From: Candidatus Woesearchaeota archaeon
GTDB taxonomy: Archaea > Nanobdellota > Nanobdellia > Woesearchaeales > JAGVZT01
Assembly: GCA_018263355.1 (NCBI GenBank)
Contig: JAANXH010000043.1
Location: 443-64,442, forward strand
Direction: 5' to 3'
Length of the DNA stretch: 64,000 bases
The translations under genes were made by a program, and so were the position numbers. A model generated the notes under the pieces. That model saw only the letters and a program-made list of their open reading frames with translations, did not search any database and was not told the DNA's origin. This document shows, piece by piece, positions 48,083 through 57,857 of this stretch. The first letter of the stretch is position 1. Each line of letters starts with the position of its first letter.

Positions 48083-48711
48083 TTATAGCACCTCACAAGA
48101 TTATTTGGTATTTTATCAAAACTGTCATCAAGTTTGATTGAGCATAATTGCAATCCATTTTCTTTGCTCTCATACATTGTAAAATATTCTGGTCTTTCAT
48201 TAAAGTTTACTGACAAGTAAATATTGTCGTCTGTTTTGTCAAGTATGATAAAGTTCATTGCCTTTACATATTTTGTTCTCTTTCTAATTATCTTTACTGC
48301 TTTAGATATTGCTTGTTTTAGGTCTCCTTTATGAAATCGTTGGATATAGTTAAATATTTTTTCTGCACCAATTCTCCCCTTTTGTCTAATTCTTACTCCT
48401 TGTAATTCTCCGTTAAAGATAAATATTTGATTGTGGTTTTGAAATGGCATATTGTTTTCAATTACTATATCTTTATCCTCAAATGCACTTCTTGCATGTG
48501 CCAGCAAAATTTTTGTTGATCCAAATTTTTCAAAATCTTCTTCCCAGATTGGATTAATGTTTTTATAAGATCTCCAACCATTGTCTAAATAAGCACATCC
48601 CCAGCCATGACCCTGATATTCTTTGCTTTGCCTGCATTTATCTGCAAATCTAGTTAGAGCAGAAGAAATCTCAATTTCTTTTTCTGATTTTATTACTAGT
48701 AATCTGCACAT
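48079..48711 (-). CDS. Class II glutamine amidotransferase/Ntn-hydrolase (YafJ/Dug3/EgtC-like)
   Basis: N-terminal MCRL nucleophile, GWG, AHAR, N.PF, NG motifs. Confidence 0.8.
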   Translation of the reverse strand: MCRLLVIKSEKEIEISSALTRFADKCRQSKEYQGHGWGCAYLDNGWRSYKNINPIWEEDFEKFGSTKILLAHARSAFEDKDIVIENNMPFQNHNQIFIFNGELQGVRIRQKGRIGAEKIFNYIQRFHKGDLKQAISKAVKIIRKRTKYVKAMNFIILDKTDDNIYLSVNFNERPEYFTMYESKENGLQLCSIKLDDSFDKIPNNLVRCYK

Positions 48712-48718
48712 TTTAAAC

Positions 48719-49750
48719 CTATACTGGATGTAATCCTAAAAATTCTAATCCTGTTGTTTCCTCAAACCCACACATTATATTCATTGACTGAACTGCTTGT
48801 CCTGCTCCTCCTTTCATTAAATTGTCTATTGCACTCATCACAACTAATCTGTTAGAGTTAGGATCTAGTTCAAATCCTACTTCCACAAAATTAGTGCCTG
48901 CAAGAATTTTTGGCTCAGGATATCTATAAACTCCTCTTGATTTTTTTACAATTCTAACAAATGGCTCATCATTATATTCCTGTCTGTATATTCTCCAGAT
49001 ATCTTTTTTTGTAAATCCTTTTTTTAGAAAAACATGAGATGTTGCTAAAATACCTCTTACTAGTTCAACTGCTGTTCCAGAAAAATGTACTTGAGGTTTA
49101 CTATTAAAACTTAACTCCTGAATTATCTCTGCAGTATGTCTGTGTCCTGTTGGCTTAAATGACCTTATCACATTAGATCTTTCTGAATGATGTGTTGACA
49201 AGTTAGGTTTGTTTCCTGATGCTGAGCTTCCAACTTTTGCTTCTACTATCACTTGATCTTTAACAAGATTGTTCTTAAATAAGGGATATAAGCCCATAAT
49301 TGTTGCAGTTGCAAGGCAACCTGTTCCAGCAACAAGATTAGATTCCCTAATCTCTTTTCTGTGCAGTTCTGCATTCCCATACACAAATCTCTTAAGATAT
49401 TCAGGATTTGGGTGAGGATGTTTATACCATTTTTTATAATCTTCTGGATCTCTGAGTCTGAAATCCCCGCTCAAATCAATTATTTTACCAGCTTTTTTTT
49501 CCAGGTCTTTTATTTTTTCCATAGAGACTCCATGAGGAAGAGCCAAAAATAAAACATCAGTTTCTTCAAGGTCATTTATACTTGAAAATTTTAGACTTGA
49601 GCCTCTTAAATTAGGATGTACTGCTTGCACAAATTTACCTGCAAATCTTTCTGATGTGATTTGATTAGGCTGAACTTTTGGATGTGTCATTAATAACCTT
49701 ACTGCTTCTCCTCCAATATAACCTGATGCTCCAACAACACTTACTTTCAT
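48719..49750 (-). CDS. lysY: [LysW]-aminoadipyl-phosphate reductase
   Basis: GASGY.G, ALPHG, DLSGDFRL, GC.AT, DNLMKGGAGQA. Confidence 0.9.
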   Translation of the reverse strand: MKVSVVGASGYIGGEAVRLLMTHPKVQPNQITSERFAGKFVQAVHPNLRGSSLKFSSINDLEETDVLFLALPHGVSMEKIKDLEKKAGKIIDLSGDFRLRDPEDYKKWYKHPHPNPEYLKRFVYGNAELHRKEIRESNLVAGTGCLATATIMGLYPLFKNNLVKDQVIVEAKVGSSASGNKPNLSTHHSERSNVIRSFKPTGHRHTAEIIQELSFNSKPQVHFSGTAVELVRGILATSHVFLKKGFTKKDIWRIYRQEYNDEPFVRIVKKSRGVYRYPEPKILAGTNFVEVGFELDPNSNRLVVMSAIDNLMKGGAGQAVQSMNIMCGFEETTGLEFLGLHPV

Positions 49751-50589
49751 TTTTTTGCCTCCTCTACCAGATATTCAATCATTTTTTCTGGAATGTTTAC
49801 TCCGGTTGTTTTAATACTATTTCTAAATTCCATTGTGTGATTTACTTCATTTACTATTAAACCTTTATCTGTTTCAAATAGATCTAAAGCCAATATCCCC
49901 CCACCTAAGGCTTTTGCTGTTTTTAAACAGATTTCATTTATTTCATCTGTTACTGGGCAATTAGTAGCTCTGCCTCCTCTTGCAGTATTTGTTATCCAAT
50001 GCTTTGATGATCTGTATATAGCACCTATTGTTTCATCACCCACCACAAACGCCCTAATATCTCTGCCCGGTTTTTCAACAAACTCATTGATAAAAAAGAC
50101 TGAATGGTGGTATGAACCTAATACCTGCTTGTGCTCAAGAATTGTTTCTGCTGCAGATTTATTATCTATTTTTGATAAGAGTCTACCCCAAGAACCTACT
50201 GCAGGTTTTAGCACAACAGGATATCCAAATTGTTCAATAGCTTTCATTGCACTTTTTCTTGAAAAAGCAACTTTTACTTTTACTGTTGGAACATTATTTT
50301 TTTCAAGGGCCAGTGTTGTGAGAATTTTGTCTCCACATGTCCTAACTACTTCTGCTTTGTTAATTATGTTAATTGACCTGTCACACAAAATCTTTGTTAT
50401 ATGTCGTGACCTTGAAAAGTTAATACTTCTGTCAAGTAAGATGTCTGCTTCAAACTTAGGTGCATTTTCAAGTTCAAATATAAGATTACGATCATCATAT
50501 CTGACAAGTTCAAGATTTTTTTTTCTGACTGCTTGAAACAATAGTTTTTCTTCTGGTCTAACTCTAGAACAGATTATTCCTATTTTCAT
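49747..50589 (-). CDS. lysX: LysW-aminoadipate ligase
   Basis: RimK ATP-grasp: KP.VGSWGRL, WITNTARGG, EVNHTMEFRN. Confidence 0.9.
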   Translation of the reverse strand: MKIGIICSRVRPEEKLLFQAVRKKNLELVRYDDRNLIFELENAPKFEADILLDRSINFSRSRHITKILCDRSINIINKAEVVRTCGDKILTTLALEKNNVPTVKVKVAFSRKSAMKAIEQFGYPVVLKPAVGSWGRLLSKIDNKSAAETILEHKQVLGSYHHSVFFINEFVEKPGRDIRAFVVGDETIGAIYRSSKHWITNTARGGRATNCPVTDEINEICLKTAKALGGGILALDLFETDKGLIVNEVNHTMEFRNSIKTTGVNIPEKMIEYLVEEAKK

Positions 50590-51416
50590 TTTTGCACCTC
50601 TAAATAGTTAATAACATCATCAATAATTTTTTCATCTAAATGTGGAAAATATTGGCTAAACTCAGGAGTATAATCAACTTCAAGTACTTTTAACCCAGAT
50701 TTAGACTCTAATATATCCACACATACAAAATCTCCTCTGACTGCTTTTTTTGCGCTAAGTGCTAGTTTTCTTATTTTATCTGTTACTGGACATTTCTGTA
50801 TTTTTGCACCTTTGTTTATGTGAGTAATCCAATGGTCTGATTTTCTGTACACTGCATATACCTTATCCCCAATAACAAAGGCTCTAATATCACGCCCAGG
50901 TTTTTCAATATATTCCTGAATATAAAATACTGAATGATGATATGTACCAAGATTTTTTTTATGGTTTAATACTGCTTCAGCTGCTTGTCTGTCATTTACT
51001 TTTGCAAGTAGTTTTCCCCACGAACCTATTGCAGGTTTTAGCACAGCAGGATATCCCATTTTTTCTATTGCTTGTAAAGCTTTTTGCTCTGTAAATGCAA
51101 TCCTGACTTTGGGTGTTGGTATATTATTGGTTATTAGTGCTTCTGATACTAATAATTTACTTCCACAAATCTGTGCAGTTTCTCCTGAATTTATTGTACG
51201 CACACCAAAATTATTTAGTATTTTTAGTGCATACATGGCAGTTATATGGCTAATAGACCTTTCAAGCACAAGATCATAATCAAAACCATTTTTTTTAATG
51301 TCAAATAGTACTTTGCTGTCTTTGATTAAATCAAATTCCCAGCCTCTTGATTTTGCTGCTTTGATTAAGTGTTTTTCATCCTTTCTTATCCTATGGTGCA
51401 ATAATCCGATTTTCAT
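50586..51416 (-). CDS. Divergent LysX/ArgX paralog
   Basis: KP.IGSWG, PGRDIR, but WITHINKGA and EVDYTPEF. Confidence 0.8.
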   Translation of the reverse strand: MKIGLLHHRIRKDEKHLIKAAKSRGWEFDLIKDSKVLFDIKKNGFDYDLVLERSISHITAMYALKILNNFGVRTINSGETAQICGSKLLVSEALITNNIPTPKVRIAFTEQKALQAIEKMGYPAVLKPAIGSWGKLLAKVNDRQAAEAVLNHKKNLGTYHHSVFYIQEYIEKPGRDIRAFVIGDKVYAVYRKSDHWITHINKGAKIQKCPVTDKIRKLALSAKKAVRGDFVCVDILESKSGLKVLEVDYTPEFSQYFPHLDEKIIDDVINYLEVQK

Positions 51417-52423
51417 TTTATCAACTCTTGGATTTTTTCTATTACTTTATCTGTAACTTGATTTATGTTTAGATTTCCTCCTAAATCTTTTGTACTATAA
51501 CCCTTTTTAAGGTTTGATACTACTGATTTTTCAATTATAATTGCTTTGTTTTCTTCACCAAGATAATCCAGCATCATTTTTGCTGACATTATAGCTGCAA
51601 AAGGATTTGCAATATTTTTCCCGGAAATATCTGGTGCTGAACCATGGACTGGTTCAAATAATGCACCTGCTTTTCCTATGTTTGCAGATGCTGCTAATCC
51701 CAAACCACCAACAAGCATACATGCTTCGTCACTGAGTATGTCTCCAAATAGATTTGTAGTAACAATCACATCAAAACTTTCTGGTTTATTTATAAGTTGC
51801 ATTGCCATTGCATCAACAAGCATCTCTTCTGTTGTAATGTTTGGATATTCCTGTGATATTTCTTGTGCTATACTCCTAAAAAGACCGCATGTTTGCCTGA
51901 GTATGTTAGCCTTATGCACATAAGTTAATTTTTTTCTGTTTTGCTTTTTGGCCATTTCATATGCATATCTAATTATTCTTTCACATCCGTTATTGGTAAT
52001 TATTCTTTCTGTGATAGCTTTTTCACCACTTTGTTCTGTTCTTTCTACTCCAGAATAAAGACCTTCTGTGTTTTCTCTTACAATAACCAAATCCACATTC
52101 TCTCTAAAACCAGGTATTGGATAAGATTTATTGGGTCTAATATTTGCATATAGCTGCAAGTCCTGTCTTAGTTTAACAATAGGGCTGAAATAGTTTTCAA
52201 TATTTGGAGGAGTGGTTACTGCCCCAAAAAGAACTGCATCACAAGTTCTGGCTTGATCAATTGTTTTATCTGGCAGAGGAGTTTTGTGTCTTTTATAACA
52301 TTCATATCCAATCTCACCATAACTAAATTTAATATCAAGATCTAGTGCTTTCAAGACTCTAACTGCAGACTGTGTTACCTCAATTCCAATTCCATCTCCT
52401 GGCAAAACAAAAATATTATACAT
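51413..52423 (-). CDS. Homoisocitrate/isopropylmalate-family dehydrogenase
   Basis: PGDGIG.EV, VRENTEG.Y, HKANI, NLFGDILSD, EPVHGSAPDI; operon context favours homoisocitrate dehydrogenase. Confidence 0.88.
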   Translation of the reverse strand: MYNIFVLPGDGIGIEVTQSAVRVLKALDLDIKFSYGEIGYECYKRHKTPLPDKTIDQARTCDAVLFGAVTTPPNIENYFSPIVKLRQDLQLYANIRPNKSYPIPGFRENVDLVIVRENTEGLYSGVERTEQSGEKAITERIITNNGCERIIRYAYEMAKKQNRKKLTYVHKANILRQTCGLFRSIAQEISQEYPNITTEEMLVDAMAMQLINKPESFDVIVTTNLFGDILSDEACMLVGGLGLAASANIGKAGALFEPVHGSAPDISGKNIANPFAAIMSAKMMLDYLGEENKAIIIEKSVVSNLKKGYSTKDLGGNLNINQVTDKVIEKIQELIK

Positions 52424-52910
52424 TTTGCAGGTCTCCAAGATTATTCTCTCTTAAATATTGAACAATCCCTCTGTAAGATATTATTTTACTGACAAATTCA
52501 GGTAATGGTTTGGCTTTAAAAGTGGCCTTATTTAATATTATCTTACCACAGGAGAGTTGGACGTTTATTTCATGTCCTTGTTTAACTTTATTATGTAATT
52601 TTCTAGAGATTAATATTGGAAAACCTATATTAATACAATTCCTGTAAAATATTCTTGCAAAACTTTTTGCAATTACGCATTTTAAACCTGAATGTAAAAG
52701 TGCTAGTGCAGCATATTCTCTTGATGAACCGCAACCAAAATTATGGCCTGCAACTAAAATATCTCCTTGTTTTTTATTATTTGCAAATTCAGGATATGAA
52801 TCAATTAATGCATATCTCCCAAGTTCTTTATTATTGCTTCTAGGATAATAACTACATGGAATTATCTCGTCTGTATTTACATCATCTCCTATTTTCCATA
52901 CTTTTGCCAT
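52416..52910 (-). CDS. Homoaconitase/isopropylmalate isomerase small subunit
   Basis: DDVNTD.I, NFGCGSSRE, SFARIFYRN. Confidence 0.9.
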   Translation of the reverse strand: MAKVWKIGDDVNTDEIIPCSYYPRSNNKELGRYALIDSYPEFANNKKQGDILVAGHNFGCGSSREYAALALLHSGLKCVIAKSFARIFYRNCINIGFPILISRKLHNKVKQGHEINVQLSCGKIILNKATFKAKPLPEFVSKIISYRGIVQYLRENNLGDLQNV

Positions 52911-52923
52911 ATGAATTCCTTTC

Positions 52924-54165
52924 CTAGATAACCTTTCTTGGGTCTGTAATTTTTCCATTTATTGCAGTTGCTGCACAAGTTGCAGGGCTAGCCAGATAGA
53001 TCTCAGATTCAGGATTGCCCATTCTTCCCTTAAAATTGCGATTCATTGTTGTCAAAGCTCTTTCATTGTCTGCAAGTATACCTTGGTGGCGACCTACACA
53101 AGGACCACAGCCAGGGTTTCCAACTGTAACTCCTGCATCCAAGAAAATATCAATTAATCCATTAGACATTGCTTTTTTATATACTCCTACTGATGCTGGA
53201 ACAACAATTGTTTTGCAAAACCTGGCTACTTTTCTTTTCTTTAAAATATCTGCAGCAATTTTCAGATCATCATATCTTCCATTTGTACAAGTTCCTATAA
53301 AAACTTGATCAATATCTAAACCTGCAAATTCACCAATTGGTTTTACATTATCAACTCTTGAGGGGAATGCTATTTGTGGTTCAATGTTTGAAATATTGAA
53401 GTTATATGTTGACTCATACTTAGGATTATTAGACTTGATTTCTACAAACTCTGCCAGAGGATTTGCACCCAGAAAATTTGCTGTTTTTTCATCTGTTTGT
53501 ATTAGTCCTGTTTTTGCCCCTGCTTCAACTGCCATATTACTTAGAGTGAGTCTTTGGTGAATTTGCATATTTCTAATTGCATTTCCTGTAAATTCAATTG
53601 ATTTATATGTTGCACCATTTGCCCCTATTTTTCTTATTATATTCAATATTAGATCCTTTGCATAAACTCCATTCTGAAAATTACCACCAATCTCGATATT
53701 GATGGTTTCTGGTATTTTAAACCAATTTTTTCCTGTGGCCCAGCTAACACCTATGTCAGTGGATCCCATACCTGTGGAAAAGCAGCCTAGTGCTCCATAG
53801 GTACAAGTATGTGAATCACCACCAATAACTATTGAGCCTGGTTTAGCAAAACCTTTTTCAATCATTATCTGGTGACATACTCCTTTAAAAAAAATATTTT
53901 TAATACCTTGTTTTTTTGCAAATTTCATAATCTGCTTGTGTGTGTTAGATCCTTTTGAGTTTGGAGCAGGATAATAATGATCAAATACTATCACAATATT
54001 GTCTGGATTGTGCAAAGGCTTTCCAATCTCTTTCCATGCATCAATTGCAAGAGGAGTAGTTGTATCATGACTCATTATATAGTCAACATCGGTTATTACT
54101 GTCTCTCCAGCTTTTACTTCTCTTCCCAATTTTTTTGAAAATATCTCCTCAGCAAGAGTGCCCAT
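52924..54165 (-). CDS. Homoaconitase/isopropylmalate isomerase large subunit
   Basis: HD, FDH, GVCH, DSHT, GTCTNGR, GCGPC, NRNF.GR. Confidence 0.9.
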   Translation of the reverse strand: MGTLAEEIFSKKLGREVKAGETVITDVDYIMSHDTTTPLAIDAWKEIGKPLHNPDNIVIVFDHYYPAPNSKGSNTHKQIMKFAKKQGIKNIFFKGVCHQIMIEKGFAKPGSIVIGGDSHTCTYGALGCFSTGMGSTDIGVSWATGKNWFKIPETINIEIGGNFQNGVYAKDLILNIIRKIGANGATYKSIEFTGNAIRNMQIHQRLTLSNMAVEAGAKTGLIQTDEKTANFLGANPLAEFVEIKSNNPKYESTYNFNISNIEPQIAFPSRVDNVKPIGEFAGLDIDQVFIGTCTNGRYDDLKIAADILKKRKVARFCKTIVVPASVGVYKKAMSNGLIDIFLDAGVTVGNPGCGPCVGRHQGILADNERALTTMNRNFKGRMGNPESEIYLASPATCAATAINGKITDPRKVI

Positions 54166-54166
54166 T

Positions 54167-55330
54167 TTAGTTTTTTCCTCCACCATTACTATTATTCCAC
54201 TCTACAATATGTCTTAATTCTTCCTCATCAACTACTCTTCCTTTAGTTCCTATTTCTTTTACTTTCCTTAATATTGTCAATTTATCTTCCTCACTTGACT
54301 CCTCATGTCCAATCTTTGATAACATGTAGTGTACTGCTGCTCTTCCACTCATATGGTCAAGACATATTTTTTGCTCTTTGCCATACAAATCAGGAGGAAT
54401 ACTTTGATAATGAACAGGGTTCTGGATTGCTGCCTGGGAATGGACTCCAGCACAATGAGTAAAAGCATTATCCCCTATCAATGGTGTGTTTACTGGAATA
54501 GGTACACCAGAATACTGACTTACTAAGCAGTAGAGTTTATCAAGTAAACTCAAGTCCCATTTTTCTTCTCCAAAATCAAGATATAGTGTATTTAGTAATT
54601 GAGCTAGATCAACTATTCCCGCACGCTCTCCCAGGGAAAGTACTGAGGCGTCAATTATATCAACTCCTGCTCTATAAGCATCAATAGCATTTGCTAATGC
54701 AAATCCTCTATCATTGTGACAATGTACTGCAATTTTTGGATTTATCCCTTGTTTTTCAAATTCTGATTTTAGTCTCAATACATAATCATACATATTTCTG
54801 TCTGTTCCAGGTACCATATAACCCGTTGTATCTGCAATACTGATTATGTCTGCACCTGCTTTTACTGCTGCAACAGATGCTTTAACTACATTTTCAAATT
54901 CTGATCTTACTGTATCTTCTGGTGTGTATCTAATTATTACTTCTGAGTTTTTCCTCTTGGCATATGCAACAGTTTCTGATATCTGCTCGAGAACTTGATT
55001 TATGTCTTTTTTGTATACTCCATTTAATCTTTCTTCTGATACACAATAAAATATTCCAATGAACCCAACCCCTGTATCTAATGCTTCGTCAATATCTTTT
55101 TTTAATGTTCTTGAGTGTGCTGCAATTACTGAATTTAACTTTGAACTTGTCAACTCAGTTAAACCTTGTTTTATTTCTGGCCAAACAATTGGATGTCCTG
55201 CCTCAATAAAATCAATTCCAATTTTATCTAGTAAAGTGGCAATAGCAAGCATGATGTGAGTATCAAAATACACACCAGGTGTTTGCTCGCCTTCTCTTAA
55301 TGTACTATCTAAAATCTGAATCCGGCTCAT
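54167..55330 (-). CDS. Homocitrate synthase
   Basis: DSTLREGEQ, ADT.G, HCHND.G, H.AG.H; directly after lysW. Confidence 0.85.
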   Translation of the reverse strand: MSRIQILDSTLREGEQTPGVYFDTHIMLAIATLLDKIGIDFIEAGHPIVWPEIKQGLTELTSSKLNSVIAAHSRTLKKDIDEALDTGVGFIGIFYCVSEERLNGVYKKDINQVLEQISETVAYAKRKNSEVIIRYTPEDTVRSEFENVVKASVAAVKAGADIISIADTTGYMVPGTDRNMYDYVLRLKSEFEKQGINPKIAVHCHNDRGFALANAIDAYRAGVDIIDASVLSLGERAGIVDLAQLLNTLYLDFGEEKWDLSLLDKLYCLVSQYSGVPIPVNTPLIGDNAFTHCAGVHSQAAIQNPVHYQSIPPDLYGKEQKICLDHMSGRAAVHYMLSKIGHEESSEEDKLTILRKVKEIGTKGRVVDEEELRHIVEWNNSNGGGKN

Positions 55331-55488
55331 TCTCCCCAATCCTCATCCACTTCTGGTGCTAGTTCTAGCTCTATTGGATTAACTGACCTTACTTCAAGTT
55401 CTGCTCCACAGTCTTCACAATTTACTATTTCTGCTACTTCAACATCTTCTAATTCTATATTTGCTCCACATTCTGGACATTCAACCAT
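55327..55488 (-). CDS. lysW: Carrier protein LysW (53 aa)
   Basis: Not in track. MVECPECGANIELEDVEVAEIVNCEDCGAELEVRSVNPIELELAPEVDEDWGE: two CxxC motifs and the C-terminal EDWGE. Confidence 0.95.
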   Translation of the reverse strand: MVECPECGANIELEDVEVAEIVNCEDCGAELEVRSVNPIELELAPEVDEDWGE

Positions 55489-55564
55489 TTTATTTTCCTC
55501 CTATACTTTATCTGTTTTATTTTAGACAAACCAAACAATTCTCAAATCTTGTTGTGTTTGTATT

Positions 55565-55667
55565 AGAGAACTTTGAAATACGCTTCAAAAAATATATTAT
55601 GAAATAATAATATTTTATGATTTCAAAGTTCTCTCTGAGAATTTTGTTAGGTTTTTCAAAATTCTCA
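55565..55667. promoter_or_regulatory. Inverted repeats between the lys operon and the divergent regulator
   Basis: Perfect 15-bp IR (55565-79/55620-34) and 11-bp IR (55636-46/55657-67). Confidence 0.55.
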
Positions 55668-55797
55668 TTAGATTCTTCCAAATATTTGTATTAATATCAT
55701 ACAAATAATACTTGAAAAAAATAATTAGCACACATATATTAACTTATTGTTATCCCAATAACAAAATTTAAATAATATTGTTATTTTTGCCTAATTT

Positions 55798-56463
55798 ATG
55801 GTTTCCATAGCACATGTTGTTTCAGATAAACTATCAAAAAGACCATTTATAGAAGAAGCTTTATCTAGAGGACTTATCAATTATGGTGCCCTGGCAGATG
55901 AAATGATTCCTCTTGTTGAAGCTACTTTACAAAAAAAAGTAAAACACTCAGCAGTAATGATGGCTATTAGAAGACATACTGAGAAAATTAATCAACTCAA
56001 ATCAAACCAAATTGATTTTTTTAAAAACACAGATCTAAGTGTAAGATCTAATCTTTTTGAAGTAACATTTCAAAAATCTTCAGATGTACATAAAAAGATT
56101 ATACAATTATATGATATAATTAATCCAAGTCAAGGAGATATCTTAAATATTATTCAAGGAAATTATGAGATTACTATAATTTCAAATCAAGTGATCAAAA
56201 AAAAGATTATTGAAAAAGTAGGTAAGAGCAATATAATTAAAAGTTTTGATAATCTTTCTTCAGTGTCAATAAGATTTCCTATAAAACATATTAATACGCC
56301 AGGATTTATTTTTGCATGTGTTAAAGCAATATCCTGGGAACAAATAAATATTGTTGAGGTAGTATCAACAATGACTGAACTTACATTTATTTTAAATGAA
56401 AGGGATGTAATTCCTGCTTTTGAAATTCTAAAAAATCTGATCTCTGGTGGAAATGCCGTCTAA
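55798..56463 (+). CDS. ACT-like domain protein, probable amino-acid-responsive regulator
   Basis: N-terminal L..GLINY.ALA helix bundle; C-terminal TPG......L....INIVEVVST..E ACT-like pattern; divergent from the lys operon. Confidence 0.7.
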   Translation: MVSIAHVVSDKLSKRPFIEEALSRGLINYGALADEMIPLVEATLQKKVKHSAVMMAIRRHTEKINQLKSNQIDFFKNTDLSVRSNLFEVTFQKSSDVHKKIIQLYDIINPSQGDILNIIQGNYEITIISNQVIKKKIIEKVGKSNIIKSFDNLSSVSIRFPIKHINTPGFIFACVKAISWEQINIVEVVSTMTELTFILNERDVIPAFEILKNLISGGNAV

Positions 56464-56640
56464 GGCATAGTTTTATAAACAGTTAGGAATTAACCTAAGG
56501 CTAATATATGCTATTATATTGAAATATTTGATCATAACTATTTCATTAAAAAGTGGTAGTAAATTTACTGCATTTTAAAGTAACAAAAAATCAAAAACTT
56601 AATAAAGGAGATAGTTTTTATCAAAGTAAAGGGGATAAAT

Positions 56641-57147
56641 TTGAAAAAGTTAATTTTATTGGGATTAATACTATTGGTTACATGCATGGTTATTGCACAG
56701 CAAGACGCAGCACAGGAACCACAAGAGCCACAAGGACCACAAGAAGTTCCTGAAATTCAACATACACAAACTCAAGAATTAGATGTTGAGGTTGTTGAAG
56801 AGGAAAAAAATACAGGTATTACATTGATGAATCAAGTTAAATCAACGATTATTGGGTTTTTTAGTTATATTGCAACAAGAGATTATATCTCTACTGCAAA
56901 GAACTTCGGAAGATTTTTATTAGGATTAAATTTATGGGTAAAAATAGCTATATCTATTGTTATACTGATTATTGCCCTGATAATATGGAATTTATATTTT
57001 AAAGATTGCAGAAGAAATAACATGAGAAAAGCTCGAAAACTACACAAGAAAGCTAAAAAATCTCATGACAAAGGAGACGAGGGCAGAGCAGATATTTTGT
57101 ACCAAAGAGCAGCAGAATATAGGGAAAAAGCCCAGGAGCAATGGTAA
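56641..57147 (+). CDS. Membrane protein, hypothetical
   Basis: Signal peptide, QEP repeats, TM helix, basic helical tail. Confidence 0.7.
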   Translation: MKKLILLGLILLVTCMVIAQQDAAQEPQEPQGPQEVPEIQHTQTQELDVEVVEEEKNTGITLMNQVKSTIIGFFSYIATRDYISTAKNFGRFLLGLNLWVKIAISIVILIIALIIWNLYFKDCRRNNMRKARKLHKKAKKSHDKGDEGRADILYQRAAEYREKAQEQW

Positions 57148-57148
57148 G

Positions 57149-57856
57149 ATGGAATGGTTTGAAGAATTAGATTTTGATGAAAATCCTTTTGATACTAATC
57201 CAAAGAGACATCCTGAAAAACTAGTAGGATTAACAGAAATATCAAGTGAACTAATGTATAGGCTTGAATCTGGAGCCATGGTTTTTCTACAGGGCAAAAA
57301 AGGTTTTGGTAAAACTTCTTTACTTTGGAATGTTATTAGAAACAAGAGATGGAGAGGTAAAATAATCTATGTTGATTGCAAATCACTTAGTGAAGACTTA
57401 AATATTGAAAAACTACTCATAAACAAACAAGGTTTAAAAGGTATACTTTTCAAAGTTAAGCCAAAAGATATGGTCTTATTGCTTGACAATGTTGGAAAAC
57501 TAAGTAAAATAAACACAGAAAGAGTAAAATACTTTTTTGACCAAGGATATTTAAGATCTGTTGTGTTTACTGGTGAAGATTTTAAGAAAGCAGATTTTTC
57601 AAAAAGTCTTAAACAGAGAATAGGAAGTAGAATCTTAGAGATAGAGCCTGTAGACAAATACCAGGCAATTGCAATTATTAGAAACAGGATTCATGATTTA
57701 AACATGATTTCAGATGATCTTATTGAAGAAGTTTTTAAGAAATCTGATAAAAATCCAAAAAAATTGCTAGAAAACTGTGAACAACTGTTTAGCAGTGTTA
57801 TTGAGAGTAATGAAGACAAGATTACAAAAAAACATCTAAAATTAATAGAGGGATAA
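57149..57856 (+). CDS. ExeA-like P-loop ATPase
   Basis: W...L.F..NPF N-terminus, GKKGFGKT, LLLD; start moved from 57065. Confidence 0.7.
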   Translation: MEWFEELDFDENPFDTNPKRHPEKLVGLTEISSELMYRLESGAMVFLQGKKGFGKTSLLWNVIRNKRWRGKIIYVDCKSLSEDLNIEKLLINKQGLKGILFKVKPKDMVLLLDNVGKLSKINTERVKYFFDQGYLRSVVFTGEDFKKADFSKSLKQRIGSRILEIEPVDKYQAIAIIRNRIHDLNMISDDLIEEVFKKSDKNPKKLLENCEQLFSSVIESNEDKITKKHLKLIEG

Positions 57857-57857
57857 A

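Noticed and set aside
50586-51416. Calling the second ligase argX
   Set aside because: Motifs do not match canonical ArgX as I recall them, and no arginine-pathway genes are in the window.
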